Made by a program: the position numbers and the translations under genes
Shown here: piece by piece, positions 17,925-27,239 of the stretch
Numbering within the stretch: the first letter of the stretch is position 1
Layout: the number at the start of each line of letters is the position of its first letter
NCBI GenBank assembly: GCA_004322365.1
Contig: SCTS01000007.1
Span: 18,266-82,265 of the forward strand
Source: Patescibacteria group bacterium
GTDB lineage: Bacteria; Patescibacteriota; Minisyncoccia; Phycocordibacterales; Phycocordibacteraceae
Length of the DNA: 64,000 nucleotides
Direction: 5' to 3'
Notes under the pieces: generated by a model
The model's input: only the letters and a program-made list of their open reading frames with translations
What the model was told of the DNA's origin: nothing
Database searches by the model: none

Positions 17925-18500
17925 ATGTCTGTACTTTCATACAACGAAATCATTCCTAAGAAAATAATCGTCCACGAAGGACAGCCTTTTGAAGTGCTTT
18001 CTTCACACGTATTTCGTAAACAACAACGAAAGCCTGTAAACCAAACAAAACTCAGAAACTTGAAAACGGGGAAAGTGCTTGAAATATCATTTCATCAAGC
18101 GGAAACCGTATTGGAAGCGGACATGGAAAAACGCTCAGCAAAATTCATCTATAAAAATCGTGGCGAAGCGTGGTTTACCGATCCGGAAAATCCAAAAGAT
18201 CGTTTTGTGGTAACCGAGGGGATTCTTGGAGACAATGGACAGTATTTGAAACCTGATTTACTTGTAGAACTTTTGGTATGGAATGAAGAAATCATTGGTG
18301 CACGATTGCCAATAAAAATGGAATTCAAAGTGGTTGAGGCTCCCCCATCGGTCAAAGGTAATACAGCGCAGGGTGGTACGAAACTAGTTACACTCGAAGG
18401 TGGAGCAACGGTAAATGTGCCTATGTTCATCAACGAGGGTGACATTGTCAGAATAAATACTGAGACTGGAGAATATAACGAAAGAGTAGAGAAAGCTTAA
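17925..18500 (+). CDS. efp: translation elongation factor P
   Basis: 191 aa with three-domain EF-P similarity, including a KPGKG-type loop region (…LRNLKTGKVLE…). Confidence 0.9.
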   Translation: MSVLSYNEIIPKKIIVHEGQPFEVLSSHVFRKQQRKPVNQTKLRNLKTGKVLEISFHQAETVLEADMEKRSAKFIYKNRGEAWFTDPENPKDRFVVTEGILGDNGQYLKPDLLVELLVWNEEIIGARLPIKMEFKVVEAPPSVKGNTAQGGTKLVTLEGGATVNVPMFINEGDIVRINTETGEYNERVEKA

Positions 18501-18503
18501 GGA

Positions 18504-18538
18504 AGGTTCTAGGTGCTAGCTTCTAGGGACTAAATTTT
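18504..18538. repeat. modular repeat AGGTTCTAGGTGCTAGCTTCTAGGGACTAAATTTT
   Basis: Same modules as 4366-4396. Confidence 0.6.
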
Positions 18539-18598
18539 AATCCAAGAGATTAGCTATAAAAAAAATCCCTCTGACGAGGGATTTTTTAGTTTGGATGC

Positions 18599-18781
18599 TT
18601 ATTGTGCGATGTATGGGAGAAGTCCCATGAAGCGAGCGTGCTTGATAGCTTTCTCAATCTTGCGCTGATGGCTTGCTGGCATACTTGTTCGGCGAGCGCC
18701 TTGGATACGAGCATGTGGCGTAATAAACCCTTTAAGGTATTGGGTGTTCTTGTAATCAACGTATTTTGGAAGTGAACTCAT
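18599..18781 (-). CDS. rpsR: 30S ribosomal protein S18
   Basis: 60 aa: …YLKGFITPHARIQGARRTSMPASHQRKIEKAIKHARFMGLLPY matches the S18 core. Confidence 0.9.
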   Translation of the reverse strand: MSSLPKYVDYKNTQYLKGFITPHARIQGARRTSMPASHQRKIEKAIKHARFMGLLPYIAQ

Positions 18782-18796
18782 ATTTTTATTATTTTG

Positions 18797-18838
18797 GATT
18801 TAAAGCTGAAAGCTGGCACCTGAAACCTGAAAGCTATT
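18797..18838. repeat. AGCTGAA/ACCTGAA heptamer repeats (AAAGCTGAAAGCTGGCACCTGAAACCTGAAAGCT)
   Basis: Lies between the ssb stop and the rpsR start. Confidence 0.6.
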
Positions 18839-18840
18839 AA

Positions 18841-19293
18841 TTAAAATGGAATATCGTCAGGGCTTATTTCTTCGGCAGGATACTCGATATCGGGACCTTT
18901 GTCACTCCCCGCCTTACCAGGCTTCATTGGAGCACCATCACCGCGCACCTCGTCGCTTCCCCCACCACCAGTCTTTGAGCCAAACTGAACGCGCTCTGCA
19001 ACGATTTCTGTTCGGTACTGCTTTGCACCATCTTTGTCCCAAGAACGAGTCTGAAGTCGGCCTTCAACGAGAACCTGCTGACCCTTTTTCAAGTACTGAG
19101 CACAGGTTTCTGCCTGACGACCGAAAACAACGATGTTATGAAATTCTGTCGCCTCTTTCTTTTCACCATTCTGATCTTTCCATGTGCGATTTGTTGCAAC
19201 ACCGAATGAAGAAACATTCGCACCAGATGGGAGCGCCTTTAACTCTGGATCACGAGTGAGGTTTCCTGCGATGAAAACTTTATTGAGATACAT
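18841..19293 (-). CDS. ssb: single-stranded DNA-binding protein
   Basis: 150 aa. OB-fold N-terminus (…NKVFIAGNLTRDPELK…), Gly-rich linker and acidic tail …DDIPF. Confidence 0.95.
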   Translation of the reverse strand: MYLNKVFIAGNLTRDPELKALPSGANVSSFGVATNRTWKDQNGEKKEATEFHNIVVFGRQAETCAQYLKKGQQVLVEGRLQTRSWDKDGAKQYRTEIVAERVQFGSKTGGGGSDEVRGDGAPMKPGKAGSDKGPDIEYPAEEISPDDIPF

Positions 19294-19340
19294 GTGAGTT
19301 AGTTTCGGATGACAGGCTTCAGTTAAACATCTAACAAGAA

Positions 19341-19910
19341 CTATTCAGCAACCTTTGCGTCCTCTGTAGCAATACTTTCAAGAGCTTGATCGAGGGCAAC
19401 CTCAGACATTTCGCCTCCTACCTCAGCCTCTCGTTTTGGCTTATCAATAGAACCTGATGGACCTGCAACTGCACCACTCAAAGCTGCTGCTACTGCCTCT
19501 CTATCAGTTACTACGATGAGTGAGCGGAGAATTGATGGGTTTGCATCCAATGCTATTTTTACGCGAGCAATTGCCTCACGAGGAGCCTCAAAAGCCATCC
19601 AGCCAAAGTATGCCGCGTTAAAATTCGTCAATTTACCGTTTACACGCTTTGCGATGGTGTATGCGAGAGCAATGTTTGAAGGAAATCTGTCCCCGACAAA
19701 AGTAACACTCTCTCCCTTGAGAGTTTCCATAATTCCCTGAACCGCTACCGTAACTTCCTCCTCAGAGAGCGTTGGCAACAGGTGGTAGCCTACTTCATAG
19801 ACATTTGTGCGGACATCATCTCCTTCATCTGAAAGAGCTGGGACTCCAGCCAAATCTTCTTCCAATATCTTTGTTTCCATTGTCCGAAGAGCGTACCATG
19901 GCTCGCCCAT
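19341..19910 (-). CDS. rpsF: 30S ribosomal protein S6 with an N-terminal extension and an acidic C-terminal tail
   Basis: The core …VYEVGYHLLPTLSEEEV…FEAPREAIARVKIALDANPSILRSLIV aligns with S6. Conserved rpsF-ssb-rpsR order. Confidence 0.8.
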   Translation of the reverse strand: MGEPWYALRTMETKILEEDLAGVPALSDEGDDVRTNVYEVGYHLLPTLSEEEVTVAVQGIMETLKGESVTFVGDRFPSNIALAYTIAKRVNGKLTNFNAAYFGWMAFEAPREAIARVKIALDANPSILRSLIVVTDREAVAAALSGAVAGPSGSIDKPKREAEVGGEMSEVALDQALESIATEDAKVAE

Positions 19911-19953
19911 TGAGGCAACGGGCAGGTAGCTTACAGGTTCCAGCTGTCAGGTT

Positions 19954-20766
19954 TCAGCTTTTTGGAACAAACATCTTGAGGGCGTTTTGGACGGTAGCCT
20001 CTCTGGCCGTCTCCTCTGAAATGCCCCGAATCGAGGCAATAGCCCCAACTACGTACTTCACATATAAAGGCTCATTTCTTCTCCCCCTAAAAGGGTTCGG
20101 GGTAGCATACGGAGCATCAGTTTCAGTCATGAGCATCTCGAGTGGTGCAAATTTCACTACATCGTCGTATTCACGAGCAAAGGTAAGAACTCCGGTGAAC
20201 GATGTCGTGAAGCCTATGGTGTAAAAACGCCTCGCTATATCAACGGTGCCCACAAAAAAATGAATATTCCCTCGGAGTTTTTCACCTGCCTCTCTTTTTT
20301 TGGACTCCAACATTGCAAGCATGTCGATGTAGGTATCAACGGTACCTCGTGAAGGCCTGCCGTGAATCATTAATGGTTTGTCGTATTTAATTGCAAAATC
20401 CACGTGCTTCTCAAACTCACACATCTGACGCTTCTTCGCAATTGCTATATCGCCTGTAATTCTAAAATAATCTAAACCACACTCCCCTACCCCAACAACT
20501 TTCGGATTCAGAATAAGTGATTTATATTCAGCCTCTGAAAAAGTTTCTGACTCTGTGTCATTGGGATGAAGACCAATCGTTGAAAAGAATCCTTCTTTCC
20601 CTTCCCCAAACTTCACTGAATCTTCTGAAGTCGATTTATTAACTCCTACAGTAATAGTCCACACCGATTCATCCCGCATTCTCTGAAGGACTTCCTCAAG
20701 ATCTTGATCGTAGTCCTTAAAAGTTACGTGGGAGTGAATGTCAAAGTATTTTGGTTTCATATACAC
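19954..20766 (-). CDS. tatD: TatD-family metal-dependent DNase/hydrolase
   Basis: FDIHSH…, …GECGLDY…, MIHGR… motifs. Confidence 0.9.
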   Translation of the reverse strand: MYMKPKYFDIHSHVTFKDYDQDLEEVLQRMRDESVWTITVGVNKSTSEDSVKFGEGKEGFFSTIGLHPNDTESETFSEAEYKSLILNPKVVGVGECGLDYFRITGDIAIAKKRQMCEFEKHVDFAIKYDKPLMIHGRPSRGTVDTYIDMLAMLESKKREAGEKLRGNIHFFVGTVDIARRFYTIGFTTSFTGVLTFAREYDDVVKFAPLEMLMTETDAPYATPNPFRGRRNEPLYVKYVVGAIASIRGISEETAREATVQNALKMFVPKS

Positions 20767-20788
20767 CTACCCCGATTAATCGGGGTAC

Positions 20789-22234
20789 TTAAACGAGACG
20801 TGGAAATAGATTTTCCGGTTTTTTGTTTTCCTTGATTGCGTCGAGAATTTTTTTGCTCGTTTCGGGCATGAAGGGGCCGAGAAGATAGCCAATATTCCAT
20901 ACTTCTGCAGCAAGACCAGCAAGCATAACTCTGCCTTGAGTAGGATCGGATTTGACTACCTTGAAGGGTTCGTCCCGAGTAATACGTTCGTCAGCAATAG
21001 CTATAAGAGAGAAAACTAATTCGAGTGCCTGGTTGAAAGAAAATTCTTCGAGTGCTTTCTTGATTTCTTCTTTTCCCTGTGGCGCTTCGGGTTCAGCAAT
21101 AGGTGCGCTCAGATTATCTGCGCAGAGCTTCATTACACGTGCCACAAGGTTCCCAATCCCATTGGTGAGCCCTGCCGTATACCACTCATCTAATTTCTCC
21201 CATGTAACATCAGTGTCCTCAGTTGAATGCACATGACGGAGCAAGAGATACCGAGTTGCTTCGGTTCCGTATTTTTGAACGAGCTCATACGGGCTAATGA
21301 CATTGCCGATAGACTTCGACATCTTTTGACCACCGGAATTTATAAAGCCGTGATAGAACACTTGGTCAGTATTTTTAATATCTGCAGACATGAGCATCGC
21401 TTGCCACATGAGGGATTGGAAACGCACCTGATCCTTCCCTGCCATCTGGAGCGTGTACCCTTCTTCCCAGAACTTTTTAAAATTTCCACTCTCATCGTTA
21501 GGCCAACCAAGTGTTGAAATGTAACTTGTGAGCGCATCAAACCACACATACATCACTTGAGTATCATCTTCAGGAACAGATACACCCCATGTAAGTCTGC
21601 TTTTCTCTCTGGAAATACTAAAATCTTCTAATCCTTCTTTTACGAAATTAATGGCTTCAATCCTACGCCATTCAGGAACTATGACATTCGATTGATTTAA
21701 ATATTCAAGGAGCTTCTCTTGATACCTTGAGAATTTGAAAAAATAGTTTTCTTCTTTTAAAAGTTGTGGGGCTGTTTTATGAATGTGACAAAGATCATTA
21801 ATGATTTCTTTTTTGGTTAAAAACTTTTCACACCCTACGCAGTACAAACCCTCAAACGGTTTCTTATAAATGTCACCCTTTGCCATACATCGTTTCCACA
21901 TCTCTTCTGCTGCGAGTTTATGATGCGGGCTCGTGGTACGAATAAAATGTAAATCGTCTGATAGTCCCAATGTTCCTTTCAGTTTTTGAAATTCATTTGC
22001 GTAGTAATCAACATATTCTTGAGTACCCTTCCCTGCCTTTTGTGCAGCTTCGTATATTTTCTGTCCGTGCTCATCTGTGCCAGTGGTGAAAAATACCTCC
22101 TCGCCGAGAGACCGTCTAAAGCGAACAAGTGCATCAGCCTGCACGAGCTCTAGCGCAAATCCAATATGAGGATCGGAATTTACATAGGGCAGTGTGGTGG
22201 TGAGATAAAAAGTACGCATCGGACTATCAATCAT
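20789..22234 (-). CDS. metG: methionine--tRNA ligase (minimal form without a C-terminal tRNA-binding appendix)
   Basis: 481 aa. Zn knuckle CVGCEKF, KMSKSIGN motif. Confidence 0.9.
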   Translation of the reverse strand: MIDSPMRTFYLTTTLPYVNSDPHIGFALELVQADALVRFRRSLGEEVFFTTGTDEHGQKIYEAAQKAGKGTQEYVDYYANEFQKLKGTLGLSDDLHFIRTTSPHHKLAAEEMWKRCMAKGDIYKKPFEGLYCVGCEKFLTKKEIINDLCHIHKTAPQLLKEENYFFKFSRYQEKLLEYLNQSNVIVPEWRRIEAINFVKEGLEDFSISREKSRLTWGVSVPEDDTQVMYVWFDALTSYISTLGWPNDESGNFKKFWEEGYTLQMAGKDQVRFQSLMWQAMLMSADIKNTDQVFYHGFINSGGQKMSKSIGNVISPYELVQKYGTEATRYLLLRHVHSTEDTDVTWEKLDEWYTAGLTNGIGNLVARVMKLCADNLSAPIAEPEAPQGKEEIKKALEEFSFNQALELVFSLIAIADERITRDEPFKVVKSDPTQGRVMLAGLAAEVWNIGYLLGPFMPETSKKILDAIKENKKPENLFPRLV

Positions 22235-23289
22235 TTCAACTCAGCGAGTTCACGTGTTTTTGATTTTTCTATATCAGTTACAAATTCCTGAAGTGCAGCC
22301 GCAAGTGGCACAGCAAGAAGTATGCCGTAAAAACCGGCGAGCTGGCCTCCTGCAATCATTGCCAAAATAACCATGAGCGGAGGTACTCCCACTACTCGCT
22401 TCACTACCAAAGGATAAATAAGGTTTGACTGAAGGAGATTAATAACAAGAAAGCCTCCTGCAACAAAGAGTGCGAGCTGGGTTCCTCCTGTTGTTGCTCC
22501 TATGATAACCGCAAGTGTTCCTGAGACGAGCGAACCAAACATAGGGATAATTTCTACACAGGCTGCAAAAATAGCAATAAGAAATGCATACGGCACCTGA
22601 AGAATAGAGAGCCAAAGGTAGCCCAATACACCGATGATAAGGGAAAGAATGAGTTGTCCTTGCATCCAAAGACCAATCTTGTGACGTGATCGCTTCCATA
22701 AATCAAGTGCGTAGTGCTGATGCTTCACTGGTATAACAACCTTGAGAAAATCATCCACACCTGTTTCTTGAAATGCAAAGTAGATCGATAAAATGATTAT
22801 CAAAATAAAAGAGATGATACCGCCAAATATACTGTACACAGCTTGGAGTGCTCCTTGTCCAGTCGGGATAATGAAACTTTGCAATTGTGCTAGAAGTGCT
22901 GCAGAAAATTCGTGAGGAATAAACGGTTGCAACGCACTCACCGTAGAGCCTCCAAAAATACTCTCAATGCGGAGGGAACTCAAGAACTGCGGAAGATCAA
23001 CAATAAACCCTCGTGTCTCTTCAACAAGGGGTGGTAACAAAAGATAAATGATTCCTAAAAATACACCAACAATGAGAGCGTAGATTGATAGCACTGCAAA
23101 AGCTCGTGGGAGCTTCTTTTTCACAAACCAATGCACACCGGGCTCTACGGCTGAAGAGAGAACAATCGCTGTGAGGACAATAAGAACAAGGTCTCTGAGA
23201 AAGAAGAGCAACCATAAGAGTAGACCAATCCACACCACTGTCCAAAAAGAACCTGGGGTGATGTTAATAGTGAGAGGCCGAGTGTCCAT
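22231..23289 (-). CDS. AI-2E family (UPF0118) transporter/permease
   Basis: 352-aa polytopic protein with the AI-2E family topology. Overlaps the metG start by 4 nt. Confidence 0.8.
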   Translation of the reverse strand: MDTRPLTINITPGSFWTVVWIGLLLWLLFFLRDLVLIVLTAIVLSSAVEPGVHWFVKKKLPRAFAVLSIYALIVGVFLGIIYLLLPPLVEETRGFIVDLPQFLSSLRIESIFGGSTVSALQPFIPHEFSAALLAQLQSFIIPTGQGALQAVYSIFGGIISFILIIILSIYFAFQETGVDDFLKVVIPVKHQHYALDLWKRSRHKIGLWMQGQLILSLIIGVLGYLWLSILQVPYAFLIAIFAACVEIIPMFGSLVSGTLAVIIGATTGGTQLALFVAGGFLVINLLQSNLIYPLVVKRVVGVPPLMVILAMIAGGQLAGFYGILLAVPLAAALQEFVTDIEKSKTRELAELK

Positions 23290-23309
23290 GTGGCTATTCT
23301 AGCACCACT

Positions 23310-24647
23310 CTATTGTAGATACAGGGATACACCTCCTGCCACCATTTCTATTGCCGTATCGATAGGCATTCGCTCTTGTGAGCCAGTGTCTCTATTTCGC
23401 ACCGTAACAGTATCTTTTTGTTCAGGGTTTTCGCCGAGAGTATCGAAATCAATAGTAATACACCACGGTGTACCTATCTCATCTTGTCTACGATAGCGCT
23501 TACCAATGTTGCCATTATCGTCCCACATAACCTGAGGTACCTTCTTTTTAAGTGCCGTGTATACTTCTCGCGCTTTCTCTACAAGCTCTGGCTTATTCTT
23601 CAAAAGAGGAAACACCGCGGCTTTAATGGGAGCTATGTGAGATGGAAACGCAAGGTAAACACGCGTATCATCCCCCGTCACATCTTCCTTATACGCACTC
23701 GCGAGAATTGCGAGCACAGTACGGTCAACACCAAGCGATGGCTCAATTACATGAGGAGTAATTTTTGCGCCTTCTCCATCAGAATATTTCAACTCAACAG
23801 TTGAACCTTTTTCGTGCGCAGAAAGATCAAAGTCACCACGATACGCCAACCCCCAGAGCTCACCTCGCCCAAAAGGAAAATCAAATTCAAAATCGATTGT
23901 CTTTTTACTGTAGTGTGCCAAATCCCCTGCTTCTATATCTTTAGAATGAAAGGAATCCATTGATAAACCGCACGCTTCCGCAAAGTGCACCATATCTTTT
24001 CTCCATTCCTCAAAAGCACCCTCCCATGAATTTTCATTAACAAAGTATTCAAGTTCCATCTGCTCAAACTCTCTTGAACGAAATACAAAGTCGCGTGGTG
24101 CAATTTCATTCCTAAATGCCTTCCCAATTTGCGCTATACCAAACGGTAGCTTTGGATGAAATGTATCAATGATATTTTTAAAATTAACAAAAATTCCTCC
24201 CGCTGTTTCAGGCCGAAGATACACCACTGACGATTCATCTTCGGTGGCACCTGCGTGTGTCTTGAACATCATGTTGAACTGGCGCGCTTCGCCGAGCTCA
24301 CCCCCACACTCAGGACACTTCTTCCCACCTTCAAGATGATCGGCACGAAAACGTCGTTTACATTTTTTACATTCAACCAATGGGTCTGAGAAACCAGAAA
24401 CATGTCCTGACGCTTCCCACGCTTTTGAATTCATTAAAATTGCAGCATCAACTCCATACACATCATCACGACTATCAACAAACATCCTCCACCAAAGATT
24501 CTTTACATTATTCTTCAGCGCAACACCTAACGGGCCGTAGTCGTAGGTACCCGAAAGACCTCCATATATCTCCGAGCCTGGAAAAATAAAACCTCGTCGC
24601 TTTGCAAGCGATGTAATCTTCTCCATCAGTCCTTCTTCTTTTTGCAT
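23310..24647 (-). CDS. glyQS: glycine--tRNA ligase (dimeric class II, GlyQS type)
   Basis: 445 aa: …RRGFIFPGSEIYGG…GPLGVALKNN…. GGAGG box 13 nt upstream of the ATG. Confidence 0.92.
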   Translation of the reverse strand: MQKEEGLMEKITSLAKRRGFIFPGSEIYGGLSGTYDYGPLGVALKNNVKNLWWRMFVDSRDDVYGVDAAILMNSKAWEASGHVSGFSDPLVECKKCKRRFRADHLEGGKKCPECGGELGEARQFNMMFKTHAGATEDESSVVYLRPETAGGIFVNFKNIIDTFHPKLPFGIAQIGKAFRNEIAPRDFVFRSREFEQMELEYFVNENSWEGAFEEWRKDMVHFAEACGLSMDSFHSKDIEAGDLAHYSKKTIDFEFDFPFGRGELWGLAYRGDFDLSAHEKGSTVELKYSDGEGAKITPHVIEPSLGVDRTVLAILASAYKEDVTGDDTRVYLAFPSHIAPIKAAVFPLLKNKPELVEKAREVYTALKKKVPQVMWDDNGNIGKRYRRQDEIGTPWCITIDFDTLGENPEQKDTVTVRNRDTGSQERMPIDTAIEMVAGGVSLYLQ

Positions 24648-24685
24648 TGAATGATTGTATCCTCCCTGAAAGCTGAAAGCTATAT

Positions 24686-26539
24686 CTACGGCACCACAAC
24701 GCCTCCGCTCGGTACGCCTGAAGCTGAGCCTGTTGTTAGTGGTCCTGCTGTAGCCTCAATCTGACCTCTTACAAATCGATCATAGGCAGACACTCGCTGA
24801 CTACCGACTATCGTTGGTACATTTCCTACTTGAGTGAGAGACGGAGTCATTCCTACTTTGAATGAAGCATTTTTTGTTTGCCCCCCTGCCACATCTCCAA
24901 TAGTCCAAGTGACAATACGGCCAGAGGCATTGAAAGAGATATTTGACCCAGCTTCGGGCGCAATGAAACGCACATAACTTGGCAATATCGCGCTCACAGA
25001 AGTATTAGCTAATGCATTGGCCGAATTCAAAACGATCCAGGTGACAGTGTAGGTTGTCTCCTTATCGGCCTTTGGCGATACAGGTCCCGCCATATTCGTT
25101 ATTGATGGAGAAAGCTTCACATCCGTTGCAACAACGGCATTTGTTGTAGCGGATGACTTAACGATAACGGGAACATTTGATTCACTCTGTCGCTCTGCCT
25201 CCACGTTGACCGACAGACGCACCGTCGAATTTTTAAAGTCACCCTTATCTAAAGGAAGTGTCTTGAATGAAAACGAAAGTGTCTCCGAGTCCCCTGGAGC
25301 AACATTTGAAAGATTTGGATTAGTTGCCTTACTCCAAAGTATTGAGGAATTATTTGAACTATAGAATCCTTTTTCTGCTTGCACCGTACTTCGATCTAAA
25401 ATAGCTCCATCTAAGGTAAGTGTGATAGCAACATTTTGAACCTTCACTGGAAGGTTGTTTGTCCATGTCACCTGCCCTCGCACTTCTCGTCCACGAATAA
25501 TTGTATGTGTGTCAGAAGTAGAACCTTCAAGCGAAAGTGCAACGGAAACGAAAGGCTTTGTTACGGTAAGTGAAAGTTCAGATGCCGCGAGCGGAGCTAT
25601 GATTGCATCACTATTATCTATCTTCTGAGTTCCCGTATTAAAACGAAGTACCCTGCTCTCGCCATCTTCACCAACAAAAACACCTTTCACTTCCACGGTG
25701 CGTGTACCGCCTGCTTCTATGTCTCCAAGTGCCCACGATGCAGTACCTACCGTAGGCGCTGGCTTTGAAGATTCAAAAGAAAAGCCCGGAGGATAATTTG
25801 CGACAAGAAGCATGTCTTTCAAAACCCCTGGAGCATTCGATACTACCGACACGGAGAATGTGACAGGTTGTCCTGATACTGCCTCCTTGAGGGCATCAAT
25901 AGTAATAGATGCCGGTGACTGATTAACTTTTGTCACATACGTAGTTTCGCTCACGAAAATAGCATTCGAAGAAGGTACACGATATTCCGCCGAAGCTTTG
26001 ATGGAGAGATCCTGTCCTGACTCACCAAAAACAACAGCACGGATTGTACGATTAATACTCTCACCGGATTTAATAGTCCCTAGCGACTCTCGAATGCGTG
26101 GAAGTTCACGAGAAATATCTGTATCTGACCGCGTACCTGCGGGGAACTCTATAATTAAGTCAGTGAGTTCCATCGGCACAGCGTTTCTGTTTGTTATAAC
26201 AACCTGCAAAGAAAGTGTGCTCCCGGCACCAATTTCTGTCGGACCAGTCACCTGAACATCAACGTTCTTAGTTGAGATTGTGTTATTGCCAGCAAACAAA
26301 ATTACTCCTGCGACTGCAACAGCGAGAAAGAAAAAGATGACCGAGCCACCAAAAAGTATTTCAGGGATCTTCATACGTCGCCCCTTTGGCCTAGTCGATG
26401 CATCGCCCCCTTCCTGTTTCTGCCACCCCTTAGGAGCACGCGAACTGCGTGAGAAAAGAGTTGAGCGATGAATGCTTCCATCGACTAACCCGCTGTCTAG
26501 TTTTTTTGAAAGATTTTCGAGTGCACCGTTGTCAGACAT
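24686..26539 (-). CDS. membrane-anchored cell-surface protein with repeated beta-sandwich (DUF11/CARDB-like) domains
   Basis: 617 aa. A cytoplasmic N-terminus and one TM helix (VIFFFLAVAVAGVILFA) are followed by repeated T/S/V-rich domains. Confidence 0.7.
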   Translation of the reverse strand: MSDNGALENLSKKLDSGLVDGSIHRSTLFSRSSRAPKGWQKQEGGDASTRPKGRRMKIPEILFGGSVIFFFLAVAVAGVILFAGNNTISTKNVDVQVTGPTEIGAGSTLSLQVVITNRNAVPMELTDLIIEFPAGTRSDTDISRELPRIRESLGTIKSGESINRTIRAVVFGESGQDLSIKASAEYRVPSSNAIFVSETTYVTKVNQSPASITIDALKEAVSGQPVTFSVSVVSNAPGVLKDMLLVANYPPGFSFESSKPAPTVGTASWALGDIEAGGTRTVEVKGVFVGEDGESRVLRFNTGTQKIDNSDAIIAPLAASELSLTVTKPFVSVALSLEGSTSDTHTIIRGREVRGQVTWTNNLPVKVQNVAITLTLDGAILDRSTVQAEKGFYSSNNSSILWSKATNPNLSNVAPGDSETLSFSFKTLPLDKGDFKNSTVRLSVNVEAERQSESNVPVIVKSSATTNAVVATDVKLSPSITNMAGPVSPKADKETTYTVTWIVLNSANALANTSVSAILPSYVRFIAPEAGSNISFNASGRIVTWTIGDVAGGQTKNASFKVGMTPSLTQVGNVPTIVGSQRVSAYDRFVRGQIEATAGPLTTGSASGVPSGGVVVP

Positions 26540-26551
26540 ACTGAACAGCTT

Positions 26552-26654
26552 AGCAGGTTATAGGTTATAGGTTCCAGTTTTTAATAGGGACAAAAAGAGA
26601 TTTCTTCGCTTTTCTATTCCCTATAACCTAAAACCTCGCACCTAGAACCTGACC
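26552..26654. repeat. inverted array of heptamer repeats (AGGTTATAGGTTATAGGTTCC ... central TAGGGA/TCCCTA hairpin ... CCTATAACCTAAAACCTCGCACCTAGAACCTGACC)
   Basis: The left and right arms are reverse-complementary heptamer arrays. Lies between the recO stop and the surface-protein gene start. Confidence 0.65.
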
Positions 26655-27239
26655 TCAAAGTCCACTCTCAGAAATAGCTTCGTTAATAAGGCGAACAAGT
26701 GTATTGCGAGATTCACGCACTGCTTTCAAAGTCGGCATATCGTACGAAATATCTAAAAATAACTTCATTATGGGATCCTCCCGCACATACCCTAACGCTG
26801 CGAGTACCCGAAGCACCGCAACGCATTCCGCTTCAAGTACATACTCCTCATCGATGTTCGGAAGAATGCGAAAGAATCCAAACAGTGCACTAAAAAGATA
26901 TGGATCACTGCCTTCTCCCCGAATAAACTGCCTAACTATTGTGATAACACGGGCCGTAACTTCTTGAGCTTTTGTATTACCTGAAAGCGCAAAGTGAGAA
27001 TTCTCAGTTTTTGTAGCGCCGATAACACGCCACACATCACGACCTTTCACCAACACAAAAACGCCCGTTGTCCCAACCTGTAGGTGCGGGCGAAGCTTTG
27101 ATCGCTCTTCACGGGCACTTTTAGCGAGAGCAGAAACAAGTCCTAACGAGTCCGTATATATAGAAATACGCACACTACCCTCTCCGGCTGAGCGCCTAGC
27201 AACTATAATCCCTCGAGCTGTTACTTCACGAACGGACAT
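26655..27239 (-). CDS. recO: DNA repair protein RecO
   Basis: 194 aa: an N-terminal OB fold (…ARGIIVARRSAGEGSVRISIYT…) and a C-terminal helical domain. Confidence 0.75.
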   Translation of the reverse strand: MSVREVTARGIIVARRSAGEGSVRISIYTDSLGLVSALAKSAREERSKLRPHLQVGTTGVFVLVKGRDVWRVIGATKTENSHFALSGNTKAQEVTARVITIVRQFIRGEGSDPYLFSALFGFFRILPNIDEEYVLEAECVAVLRVLAALGYVREDPIMKLFLDISYDMPTLKAVRESRNTLVRLINEAISESGL